A stretch of DNA of 64,000 nt from Lophium mytilinum (taxonomy: Eukaryota). Shown piece after piece: positions 36,179 through 48,709 of this stretch (positions within the stretch are counted from its first letter, which is position 1; the number at the start of each line of letters is the position of its first letter). A program made the position numbers and the translations under genes. The notes under the pieces are model-generated. The model had not been told where the DNA came from. It was given only the letters and a program-made list of their open reading frames with translations, and ran no database searches. The DNA lies in contig MU004194.1 in NCBI GenBank assembly GCA_010093605.1, forward strand, positions 378,156 to 442,155. The letters run 5' to 3'.

Positions 36179-38071
36179 ATGGCGGGCGGCGAGGAACCCC
36201 TCTTGTCTCAAAGACCCTCCTCGGAGATCTCCAACGACCGGACGGAAGAAGAGGATGCTCTTTTGACAGGAGAGAGGACTACGCGGAACGAAGGGAATTC
36301 TCCCAGGACCTGGAAGTTCTGGCGGGAAGTTGGCGCCTTCGTATGGGCAGTTCTGGCTACAGCGGCTTTGATCTGCGTTGCGGTCCTATATGGACACTCT
36401 TCGGACAGCCAAGGAGGGGGGCCCTCATCCCATCCATCCGGAAAGAAGAGTTTGATCTTCATGGTTTCAGATGGCATGGTAAGCCGTATTCGCACTCCCT
36501 GGCATACTCTTCGTCTAACACCTTCTAGGGCCCAACCTCTCTCTCGTTAACCCGGTCCTTCACTCAATTCGAGAACGGATTGCCATGGTCCTCCCAGCTC
36601 GTCATTGATCAACACTTGATAGGCCAGTCCCGAACTCGGTCTACTTCCAGTTTGATCACGGATTCAGCAGCGGGCGCCACCGCCTTCTCGTGTGGATTGA
36701 AGAGTTACAACGGCGCTATCTCGGTCATTCCTAATCACGATCCATGCGGGACGGTATTGGAGGCAGCGAAGAAGGCAGGATACATGACTGGCTTGGTCGT
36801 CACCACAAGAATCACGGATGCTACACCTGCATGTTTTGCAGCCCATGTGAACATGAGGTCAGAGGAGGACCGCATTGCCGAGCAAATGGTCGGAGACTAT
36901 CCCCTCGGTCGCGTCGTTGACTTGATGCTTGGAGGTGGGCGCTGCCACTTCTTGCCAAATAGCACGGACGGGTCTTGCCGTGAGGACGATAAGGACATTG
37001 TGTCCATGGCGAAAAAGAACGGCTTCAACTACATCAACGATCGCAAAGGCTTCAATGGACTTGAGGGCGGCTCAAAAGTTGAACTACCACTACTGGGATT
37101 GTTCGCTGAAACCGACATCCCCTACGAAATCGATCGTCGTAATGAGGATGATATTTACCCTTCGCTCCACGAAATGGCTGAGACTGCCATGAAAGCACTG
37201 AGCGAAGCGACTAAGAACAGCGACAAAGGGTTCTTCTTGATGATTGAGGGAAGCCGTATCGACCATGCCGGCCATCACAACGACCCTGCGGCCCAGGTGC
37301 ACGAAGTTCTAGCTTACGACAAAGCGTTCGCAAGTGTTCTAGAGTTCTTGGAAGGCTATCCCGTTGAGGCCGTTATGGTCAGCACGAGTGACCACGAGAC
37401 AGGAGGATTGGCGACTGCTAGACGTAAGAATCTGTATGCTGCTACAACGCATCAAAAGTGCTAATAGTACCCCTACAGAGCTTCACAGTACCTATCCAGA
37501 ATATCTCTGGTATCCTGGTCCCCTTGCCAACGCCTCCAAATCCGCTGAGCGCATGACAGCAGAGTACAACGAGCATCTTTCTTCAAGCACCCTCGACGCC
37601 ACGGATTACGTCAAGAACGCCTTGGCCCAAGGACTTGGAATTGAAGACGCTAGCGATGAGGAGATCTCCGCTCTTGTGGACCAGCCAGATCAGGCCCAAA
37701 TCCTGTTCGCCGATATGATTTCGCGTCGGTCTCAAACCGGCTGGTCAACACACGGACACTCGGCTGCTGATGTAAACATCTATGCGTCCTCCGCAAAAGC
37801 TGCCGCACCGCTTCTTGGCAACCACGAGAACACCGAAGTCGGCGAATTCCTTCGCGATTACCTAGGTGTGGATGTCAATGCTGTGACCGAGGAGCTGAAA
37901 GAGAGGGGTGCCTCATTCAATACCCTTGATGCGGACGGGAAGACCGTAAGCTGGATGGGCAGAATAGCTGGGGATGGCGAGAGGATGGATGGCCAGGACC
38001 ACATGACGCATTACTCTGGCGATTTCAAGAAGCACAAGCATAAGAGGGGATGCGATATCTGTGGAGTGTGA
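36179..38071 (+). CDS. PHO8: Vacuolar alkaline phosphatase, type II membrane protein
   Basis: Acidic dileucine EEDALL; TM helix; IFMVSDGM|G; active site TDSAAGATA; ITDATPA; EGSRIDHAGH; TSDHETGG; THGHS. Introns 36479..36528 and 37424..37478. Confidence 0.93.
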
Positions 38072-38953
38072 GTTCGCTTGTTGCACGGAGTTTGGTGTTT
38101 AGAAGACTTTCTTGATCGATGAGCTGCATTGTTCGTTGGTGCTGTATCATGTTTGTATTTTGAACTGGCGGCCTAAATACCCTTTCACACATAGCAATTT
38201 TTGGTATACATTCGAGGTTATGAAGTACGCCCTATTATTCTGGAGCGAGACCGATCATCACCTACGCCCTTTCCAAAAGCCACTGACATGGTATAGATAA
38301 AGCGTGCTCCATGTACGTCCGATGTTTCCCTCCTCTCCATATGCGGTCTCAATTCTCCTTCTTCTTTTCTCCTGCCATCGAAGATTCCACGCTGGGTGTT
38401 GGGACCCTGAACGGACTCCAGGTATCCTCATATTCTCCTTGATTCAACCACCTCTCCATCCCGTAGCTCAGTCCAATTGCTTTGTCTCCGGCTTGCTGTG
38501 GACCGGAAGGCATGGCGAAATTGTTCGGCAGCGACGCGTTATGCGTAGAAGGTGATGGCGATGGTTTCTTGCCCTCCGCCTAGATGTGAAAACTTGTTAG
38601 CAGTTATACATTTTGAATCATTGGGGAGACCTCAAATACCTCTGGGGCTTGGGATCCCATGGTGTCCTTGCTATTGCCGGTTTGTTCTGGTGAACTACTT
38701 TGGTCTGGCATCTTGGGAGCGGTACACTAAAAAAAATGGAGTCGAAGACTACGAAACTTCGGGACCCAGTTTACCTCAAAGCTAGAAGGCTAGTATGGCT
38801 CGTAGAAAGATCCCGTTGGTGTCGCGATGTGGCCTGTGGATTTATGGCTTCTATTTCCTGGGAGGTGAGGCTTTATACCTGGAAAACAAAAGGTCGTCGC
38901 AGGCAACGTTCCGCCATTTTGAGGAAGCGATCTCGTCACAGCACGAAGTGTCT

Positions 38954-39177
38954 GTGAGGAACTTGTGCAGCTACCAATAAGAAATAGCTTGGACATAAGG
39001 CATTCTGAGGCGTCCGGTAATCCTGCGAGGAACTTGTGCTATGTCAAAGCGCTGAACGGTCCTTCCGCCAAAGGTTTCGATAGGAACTAATGTCGCTACC
39101 AATGAGGGAAGAGAATGGAGATGAGTTGTTTCAATTATGCACAGGAATGCGGCGAGGAACTTGTGCCGTGTCGAAGC
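38954..39177 (+). repeat. Degenerate direct repeats with a GAGGAACTTGTGC core
   Basis: Exact 13-mer at 38956, 39027 and 39154; degenerate copy at about 39081. Confidence 0.75.
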
Positions 39178-39576
39178 AATAAACGCCTAGTTTGTCTACC
39201 CAGGCTCGAACTCAGTAAATTCGGCTCATCGATTGGAGTCAAAGTGTCTACCCGTGTGATCGGGTTGAGCTTCTGAGTGTAAGCATTGCACACATGTTCT
39301 ATCACTGGACGCCACTCATGCAAGGCACTTCTGTTTCTGCATCTTATTCGCTGTGAGGCGAGTGATGCATGGCATCTGTGCACAGCCTATCAGATGCCCG
39401 ATTGACCGCGCCTCATAAGGACATCTGGGCGCTCAGCCGCCCTCAGCCTGCCAATCTACAAGAAATCTGCTCCTCGATAAAAGTGCGCTACTCGGACCAT
39501 TCCCCTCCTTGCTAGTCTCACTGTTCGCTCAACATCAGCCAGTTCTTCCTGACCATTTGCCAAGCGTTTACAAGAG

Positions 39577-41466
39577 ATGAATTCCACCACGATGCGGCCG
39601 GCGAAGGCAACGTTACAATACGCGCCTCCTACAGCCTGGGACCAACAAAAGGCAAAGATCTCAGAGCTGTATGAGACGATGGAGTTGAAAGATGTCATGA
39701 GCACTATGGAGAAGGAACATGGCTTCAAAGCAACGTCAGTCCTCACAATCACCCGGTTTGTTGCATAGATGTCAGGGCTGATGCTGATTAACATCCAGGA
39801 AAAAGATGTACAATATGCGAATTGCCAAATGGGGACTCAATAAGCGCATACAAGCCAGCGAATATGGTAGCATGATTAGGAAGAAGCGGAAGCGGGCCGA
39901 AGAAGACTGCGGGAAGAAGTCAACATTCATCCTTAACGGAAGAGCTGTGCCAGATGCTAAGATCGCACGATTTGAAGCAAGAGCCGGGAGCCAAGAGGTC
40001 CACAACTTGATTTCTACTGCCCGTAGGTCGTCCAATGTGACTAGATACTAGTCACTCCAGCTGACCAGCTTTCAGCGACACCGCCAGATTTGATTTGCAG
40101 GACCCCAACGCCTTCCAGCCCGTTCCACCGCTCTGTCACCCCTGCGACTTCAGCTCTCCTTTCACCTACAAGCTCATCTGGGAGTATCTGGAACTGCATT
40201 TCCTGGAATAGATCGATGAAGGAGTCTCCAGAGCCTTCCAGGTTCGATCAGTCAATCCACTCGTCCGCGATTTTGGACGGAACTGAATCCGTCGATATGA
40301 CCATGGGCGGCAATGAATTCTTTGCTGGATTTTCGCCAATCCTCGGTACTCGAGATTTGCCTCGAAGTCAGCTTCAATCCCAAGCAGGTGCTTTCAATGC
40401 CTTCCTACCCCATTACCAGGACCAGTTGCTGTTCTTACCGCATTCGAGCCCCGGACTGCAGAAAGCGATCATCGCCGCGACTACTGGGCCTACTAGCTCC
40501 TCTACGTTTTCTATTGCATCCCTTCGCCATTTCACCAATAGTCCGTGGCTCTTACAACCCTTGGAGAGCCCGACATTGAACCAAAGTCCTTCGCTTTCAG
40601 GCACCGAATGGTGGCCTTCATTTTCCGACTTTAGAGAGTTACGTCCAGCAAGCCGGGCAACGGTAACTCTCATTAGTCAAGTCGAGGACTACCTTAGGAA
40701 GCGTGCGCAAGTCTTGGACAACTACGCTAACCAAATGGAGTTCGAGTTAATCCTCTCACAAGCCAGATGTGAAACTAATTGCGAGTTTTGCGACAATGTA
40801 GGGCAGCAACGTGGGTCGAAGAAGTGTAGAGTTTATCATGTTTGCTGTACTGCTAACGATCGTTATAGAAACGGAAAGTGGAATCTTAACAGAAGCACAC
40901 AATTCGTCTATGCCGCATTCCAGCTTTACTTTGAGACCCTGAGTAGCAACCGAGCATATTTGTTTCAGCTGCTGCAGTTTGAAACCTTCTTGCAAAGCTA
41001 CCAAGGAGTATCTCACGAACTTGTCCACATAGCGACTCTTGCTGAGCAAGATCTATTGACATCGCTCGGCCCAAATCACTACCTGACTCAGAGCGCAATT
41101 TTGGACGTCGCGTACCACTACGCGACGTCAGAAAGATCTGTGGAGGCAGAGGGCAAGGTCAGGACAGTCCTTAACGAAGCCTTCGATGATATTTCTGCGC
41201 TATGTAGTCACACGACTTTTATGCCAGATTTGGTCACGGCTGTTAGACTGGTGACCCAGGGGCATGTTCAAACAAGGCTCGGCGATGATGGCGTGCGGTA
41301 CTACTCTTGTCGTTGTACGAACTCGGCACGATTCGGAGAATATTGGTATCATGGAGAATCGGGAAGATTGAAGACGGGAAAGATTGAAATGCGCGTAACT
41401 GCTTTCATTACGCTATGTATACTTCATCAACAGAAGGGGCGGAAAAGAAACGTAAACTCACTTTAG
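39577..41466 (+). CDS. Clr5-domain protein
   Basis: AWDQQKAKISELYETMELKDVMSTMEKEHGFKAT|..KMYNMRIAKWGLNK is the Clr5 pattern. Introns about 39735..39798 and 40023..40075; Ser/Pro linker and helical C-terminus. Confidence 0.8.
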
Positions 41467-41962
41467 AGTCTATTGCGATATATGTATAGGCACTAAAGTT
41501 CATGATGAAACTCAAACGCCAATAAATCGTATTCCTTCAATTCGCAACTGTGGATATGATGTAGTACTATAGCATTGAAGTCATCGGGGACCGGTGTCTA
41601 TGTCCTTCCAGATTGGAAACACTTCATAAGCTGTTGGATATAGTATCTGTACAGAAGTCCGTGCACACGTGTTCGCCGTTGTTTGAAGTGCTTCGATGCA
41701 ATACTACAAATTCTAGATCAGGTGTATTGTGTAGAGGTTGCGAATCTGAGCGCTTTCGAATGCTTCAGATAGGCCTATGGTGCTATTGTCCGGGGTGCTT
41801 CAACAAATCACTAGAATCTAGCAAGCGGGTTCGGGACCTGGGGTGGAATTGAGTGTAAAAACTTAGGTCTTAGTATTGCGCTGGCTACTGGTCTTGCCAA
41901 TTGAACTGGGGCCTGTTTCGAGTAGGTACACTCAAATCGTCTCAATTACAGGACTACCTGCT

Positions 41963-43117
41963 TTAACGCCTTCTCGCCCTCGCAAACCGTTCGTGCCATT
42001 TTCGCGAAGCAGATCCTGCTCCCTTGGATCCCTCACCAGAGCCTTCATCGTCTCCTCCTTTGATCGAAATTGTTGTCGACGTGGGCAGGATATAGAGGCC
42101 TTTGATAGTGTCGAGCTTCGCGTCATCTCGCCACAGCTCGGGAAGGTTGTCTTTCCATGACTCGATGAATATTGCAGTGTGGAGATCCTGATTTGAAGGC
42201 TCACTTGCGAGGAGAGTGCGCCCGACAAATGGCACGGTGATTTGGCGGTCCATTGAAGTCCCTGATAACATGAGTTTAACTCTCAAAAGGTGACTACGGT
42301 GAAACTCACATGTTGCATCTCCCACGTGATCATCAGCCGCTAAGCGTAAGAGCAAAGCATGGAATAGATCAACAGGATAGCCTTCATCGTCTATAGCTTT
42401 CAGAAGGTCCTCGGTCAAGAACTGCTTGTTCAAGTCTATCCCCTCAGCCAACGCAGCGACGTTGATCGACTTCCAGAGCTTCAGCAACGTCACTGCGGAG
42501 GGCCTAAATGAGCTCCCTGCAAACTCAAAGGCGATCAATTCACGCCAGCCCCATTCACACTGCGCGTCGGATAACGGGACATCGGAGAAGACCTTTAGCT
42601 TGCTCTTCCCATTCCCTGCCGCGTCGACCATCTCGTCGTCAACCAGGTCGTAGAGCGGCAACGCGTCTTTCAGGTAGGGGATGGCGGTGCCCGTCACGGG
42701 ATGCAGTTCCAAGGTCGTGGGACAAGTTGCTATGGCAGACACCCCGGGAACTGGCATGGAGTCGCCATGGGAGGTGAGCACGCATTTGGTGGCGAACACG
42801 GAGTTGGAAGTTTGCACTTGGCGTAATTGATACGTCTGGGTTGGAGTGCATAGGACCGCATATGCGGGCTTCGAGCTGGACGCAGTAGATGCGGTTGGTG
42901 GTGCTTGAGACTTGATTGAGAGACTGCGGAATGTTTAGATCTGTGTACCAAACGAAAGGCGGAAGAGTCACGAAATATTGAGGAGAAACATGTCTCACAT
43001 AGGTGCATTGGGGGAGTCGATGAGGGCGAGAATCTCCGGAGGCAGCTCAACGAGGCGGAACTGCTGCTGGTCGTGGACCACAGAAAAGGGAATACCACTG
43101 TCGTCCTGTGTGGCCAT
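41963..43117 (-). CDS. DCC1: Sister chromatid cohesion protein Dcc1 (Ctf18-RFC subunit)
   Basis: FRLVELPPEIL; AVLCTPTQTYQLRQVQTSNSVF; WKDNLPELW; KWHERF tail. Introns 42998..42924 and 42309..42262. Confidence 0.9.
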
Positions 43118-43574
43118 AATGTATTAAATGAGAGGACTGCGTCCTGCTGTGCAATATCTGGAGAGGATGGCTGTGACAGTGGAGTCGTCCTTCCGCCAAA
43201 TCACGTGAATCTTAGACGACGCGACCTTGCCTCGCGACAGGGGTCTAGACTACACAACAACAAACCGTCGACCCTTGAGCATACGCCAAAAATAGACTCG
43301 CGCGCACCCGCCGCTGGGGATCCCAACCTTCAATCAACTCTCCTGCTTCGACGTGTGCTGCAGGCTGGCTGCAGGCCCACCTGTTTTGTTTTGAATCTAC
43401 CTGCAACACCGCCTGCACATCGCCGCGTCCTCGACCGCAACCGACTCGACGGCCACCTCCTCTCTTCTCCGTCGCATTGCGCGCCATGCTCCAGCAGTCG
43501 CTCCAGGCGTGCTAAAGCTATAGGGCTTCCTCAAAGACCGCGTTTCCTGCCCTCTTCCTGTGCAATTGGCCGAT

Positions 43575-46500
43575 ATGGTTGTCATTACTGCTGCCCCGGC
43601 GGCCCTCCCGCCGCACGAATTGTCTCTGTTCTGCACGACTGACGAACTGCTTTCCAATTCCCCGATACTCCTCTTCTACGGCACAAGTCCCGCGAATTAC
43701 AACAATCCTGCGGGTCAGCAGCGCATCTCTGCCCATGTTTTCACGCCAGCTGGCCTACAGAGCTTTACCCGCATCATGGTCTCGCCCACCGCTCCATTCT
43801 ACAGCGCCGTCACTTGTCTACCCCATGAAGAACAGGGCGATGAGGTGTGCCGAGGACTCGCCTTCAGCCTATACAAATACTTCGCCGAGCTACCTGTCAC
43901 CGTAAAAAATGTGTGGGAGACACAATGTAATTCGCTCGGAAACCTGCCTTCGGCGCCGAGGCTCTTCACGGAGTCGCACGCAGCGATGCTAGCTAGTCGC
44001 ATGGTGAAAGTCGACAACGTCCCCGAGGTTATCAACGATGTGAGGGAGGCCTTAGGGGAGCAAAATCTAGCATGGCTGGATTTGGACGTAGTTCTTCCGG
44101 CTGGAACCATTCAGAAGCTAGAAAATCCACGAGAGTCCAACCTTTTTGACGTACCAGAAGATGAGGTGCTGCACCAGAGATACGGTCAATACGCGCCAAT
44201 CGTCAAGCTCTTTGGCGAGGTAGCTTTCATCCCTACTTCGAAGCTCCGCCGAGCGCCATCGAAACCGACAGCCCTCAACCGATCACAACACTTTTCAAGG
44301 AAACAAAAAGAAACTCTTCGGCGCGAGATGTGCGAGCTGTTGGATACAGAGGAGAGCTATGTTAGCAAGGTCTACGAACTCATACATAGCGTGGCTGCAG
44401 ATTTTCGCCAGAAAGCTAAAGCTAAAAGTGGCGGGAGCTCAAGTCCTAGCGAGGATGCTCTCAAGGGGCTCTTCCCTCCGAGTCTGGACCGCATTCTTGA
44501 GGTCAACTCCGAATTTATGGAGGCAATTCGAGGCATTCTGGAAGACACAGAGAATGATGCGATTCAAGACATTGAACGGGCTACAGACGATGTTTATGTT
44601 GCCCCGCTTCGTGGCCAGAAAGACGTAAAAGACGTTACTGGAACACTGAAGCTAAGCAAGGCCTTGGTAGAATGGTTTCCACAGTTTGCGGATTGCTACA
44701 TTGATTATATCCAGGCCCATGCGGAGTTCTCGCAGCTTTTGAAGATATTCACGAAAGAGACAGGATCAAGCTTCTCAAAACGAGTGCATGAGACTGGTGA
44801 GCAGCGCCTTATGTCCATGCTCATTGAGCCTGTTCAGCGTCTTCCGCGCTATAACTTGTACATCGACAACATTGTCAAGCAGCTCCCAGTACGCCATCCT
44901 GCCATCAGATCACTTCTCAAAGCTAGGGATATCATCTCGGAAATCTGTTCTAGAGATTCTCCCACATCTCAACAGATGAAGGTGATTGATCGCCTGCGAA
45001 AGATGGTCTTCGGCTGGCCTCCGACGTTCCAGCCCCTGGGGCGGCTCATCAATGCGGTCGACTTTGTGGAACTTGCACCGCCTTACCGTTCCGAGAGACA
45101 AAACTCAACAGCAGCAACTGGCATATTTCTTTTGTTTGCCGACTCTCTCATACTTCTCAATAGGCCTGTTGGCAGTACCATCACAGCTCGCAGTGTGTTG
45201 ACTGATGTGGATACTCCGAAATTGGCGGAAGATTATTCTGGGTCCTCCCAACTCATCTTCCACCAGGCTATCAGACTTAGCGATGTTTTCCTCAGCGACC
45301 AATCTGATGGAAAAACACTCCAGCTATTAGCTCCAATGCCCACACCAAACCAGTCAGTGAGGCCAAGAAGCCGAGATCGACTACCCGGCGTCGAGGTCCG
45401 AATGTTCTCCCTGACCGGTCCCTATGAAGGGAAGGCCCATAAATGGACAGAGGATGTGACCAAAGCCAGAGTGGAAGGAAGATTCCCAGAGGCAGAACGA
45501 GAAGGCTACAGATGGGAGGTACGGACGCTTTCTGGGGACCTCAGCTTGTTTACTGCCATCTTCGAGAACGACAACCAAGAGTTGCCCGAGGGCAGGGCAG
45601 GACCAGCTAAAATACGCGTCGTAGTCGATCCGTCCACATCGAACAAAGTAGCTGGTCTCGGTGAGAACGGGATTGAAGCTATAGCTTGCATCTCGATACT
45701 GAGCAACGACTTCTTTCTGTTGGAGGTCAACGGCATAAACAATTATGCAACAAGCGATCAACTGACAGCCCTCGAGTTCTTGCCCGTACTCACGAAGCGA
45801 TGTAAGTTTCTTAGCATACTCGTCCCATCTTCTAATCTGAGTTTCGACTAACTTTTTTAGTGAGTAATTTCTTACAAATGCGGAACAACATCAAGAATCC
45901 CGCCCTAGCTGTCACGTTCCTATCCCGCAATCAGCAGATTCTCAAGTCTCTTACGCTTCAAACCGAAAAGTCACGACCAAGCAGTCCACAGGAACGGACA
46001 TTCCGGCCACCTTCTCCCGTGAAAATGCTCTCCAATCTGTTCGGAGGTAGTGTGGTTAAGGACTCTGGTGGGACTCGAAGATTCCATCGCAACCCGCCTT
46101 CGCTGAGCGACTTCCCAAGAATGGCTCCTCCCTTAGGTCCACCATCAAGGACGCAAAGTAGAGATGGGGAGTTGTCTCGGCCTACGTCTTCTAGCCGAAC
46201 GATAGGCTTCAATGCGTCCGAATTAAATTTAGAATCAATATCGAAACTAGAGGAAACTCTGGCAACCTACGTGTTAGCGTTGCAAGCTCGTAAAGGGAAC
46301 ATTGTGGGCAGGACTCTGCGAGGACGAAGTGGCGCAGACGAGCTCGTTGTCAACGAACTTTACAATACGCTGCTCGAGGACCCGAACAAACACGATGCCG
46401 CCGCCCAAGCCTCCGTTGATGTTCTCTTCTCCGCTTTTGAAAAGTTCCTGAAGGTTGCTTGGACGGAAAAGATGGGGCCAGTGGTATCACAACCCGTCCT

Positions 46501-48238
46501 CACCACCTTGCAAATGAGATCTGACTCTATGCATCCTGCTGAGTTTGAGGACTTCTTCCGGATGACCTTCGCCGAGATCGCTCCACAAAATCAGCGTGCG
46601 CTACGCGTTACAGTCAAGCTGCTTGCAGATCTGTTAGACGGAACTGGAAACGATGGTGATCGTGGAATCCTCACTGTAGCTTTTGCCGAGGTTCTCGTTC
46701 CTGAAGGTAGTGCTAACGACTACATCTCGCTACTGGACCGTTTCATAAACGATATCGAGGGTCTCTTTGATGAGCATCTTCTGGGCGGCCTCTCTACTCC
46801 AAGCCAAGGCTCCATGACTTCCGAGTCACGGGCTCGTTCGGTCAATACGGGATCAATGAGTTCGAATGCGTCTTCACTCCGAAAGCGTTTCGGATTCGGA
46901 ACATTGAGCCGAGAAAATAGTAAATCGGAACATGAGTCGAAGGTGGGCTCGCTTTGGCGCACTTTGAGCAAGACTGGTCATGGCGGAGATAGTCAACCAG
47001 CGAGCATATCAAAAGCAACTTCTTTGGGACGATCGAATTCCACAGACACGAACATTCGAACATCTCCGAAGCGTCCTTCTTCCCGCGACCGTCCGACGGT
47101 ATTGGGCGCTTTCAGCTTCGAGAACGGAGAAGGGTTCTCCGGCAAGTCGTATGTCGGGGCTGGGCTGGGGACAATTGGAGAGGTACCTCCTATTGCAGGG
47201 CCTCCTAGGAAGAAACGACGCTCTTCTCTATCTGACCTCAAGTCTTTGCAGGCATCCGCTAACCACACGCCTACGTGGTCTCCACAGACACCCCGACACC
47301 TTGATTCCGCCCAGCGTAGCATCAGACAGAGGAGTACTTCGCCACACACGCCCTCGCCAACCAAGACTATCACTCATATTCCCACCCCCACTCGGCTTGC
47401 GTCTCCCATGCGCAAAGACAACTCGCCTGCAAATGCCCTCGACCGACCGATTCTCAGCCGCCCACACTCCAAGGGTTCACAAGCTCCTGGAAAGTCCGAT
47501 GAAGTCACCGCGAAGTCTCACAGCCCCTCGAAGCGTCGTACCGAGTCGATTTCTAGCATCCCGACGCTTAAGAGTGCTGCCAGCAGCGCCGGGCTTAGTG
47601 AGAAGCCCACATCTGGCAACGTGGCCAGACTCCCGCCCACCCCCGGCTCCTCCATGAAGCCAGGGGCAAGCGTGTCGCCTCCAAAGAGACTCCGCATGCA
47701 GAGTCCCCAGAAGCTCCGCGAGCGTCTTCAAAACGAGCAAAGAGCAATCAATTCCGCTTCGAAGGATCTCCAGGCCGAGCTGTCCGCAATTGGCAAGGAG
47801 CTAGCCGCCGCACCTTCATCAAGCCGTCCTCCACGCCTCGCCACCACTGCCTCAGCGCCTCCCGTCGCACCCAACGCAAGGTCCCTCGAATCCCGTGTTT
47901 CGACGCTGGAAACGACGGTCCGGACTACGTTTGAGAACCTCAACACTCGGACGGATTCCATATCCACGGACCTCATATCCTCTCTCCAGGTCTCCGAAAC
48001 TCGAGTCAAGAAGCTCGACGAGCTGTACCGCGAAGCGAACGCCGAAAACGAAGCGCTGTACGCACGGTTCAATGACGAGCTTGCCAAGGTCATGAAGGCA
48101 GTCAAGAAGGGGCAGGGTGAAGATGAGGTGCAGCGGCGGCTGAAGGAGCAACAAGAAGAGGTGGCACGGTTGCGAAAAGAGAATAACAGGCTCAAGAGGG
48201 AGACCTTGGGGTTGAGGGCCCAGCTAAGGGGCGATTAG
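43575..48238 (+). CDS. BUD3: Bud3-like Rho guanine nucleotide exchange factor (DH domain) for septation
   Basis: DH motifs EMCELLDTEESYV, LFPPSLDRIL and LIEPVQRLPRYNL; C-terminal coiled coil. One intron 45802..45860. Confidence 0.85.
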
Positions 48239-48709
48239 GTTTAGGGCATGGGACGGGTTTGGGATGGGAAGGTTAGACTTGGAAATGAGGGGATGTATTG
48301 GGCGTTCCAGGTGTATGAGTATTGAGTGTACGATCAGGACTTTGCTGGTTTGAGGTGTCAGGGACTGCTTGGTCTGGGGGCGTGGAAAAAAGTGATACAA
48401 GTTTGCTTTCACAGGTTTCTTTGCGTTAGGTGCTTCCAGCACTAACGGCACACGACGAGCAACGAGAAACGGCGGACAGATACACATAAAGCTCAATGCA
48501 CTGCATTACATGTACTCTATGACTTCTGCTTCAGGAAAGTATCATCTTGGACACGGCATAGCGTAGTATTATTCTATAAACCGAGGCTTTCTAGGGTTTC
48601 GCATACATACGAAGTCGTAGTGCTTATGTTTCCTTGATGTGTGTTCATTGTCTAAACTTTTACATTAAGGTCCGACCAGGAGCAGCTATCTAGGGACGAT
48701 GTAGTCCTA

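Noticed and set aside
38954..39177. CRISPR-like appearance of the spaced repeats
   Set aside because: Eukaryotic context, short degenerate repeats, irregular spacing and no cas genes.
46980..47657. 225 aa alternative-frame ORF inside BUD3, and many antisense ORFs inside other genes
   Set aside because: Shadow frames expected from GC-rich codon usage; no independent evidence.
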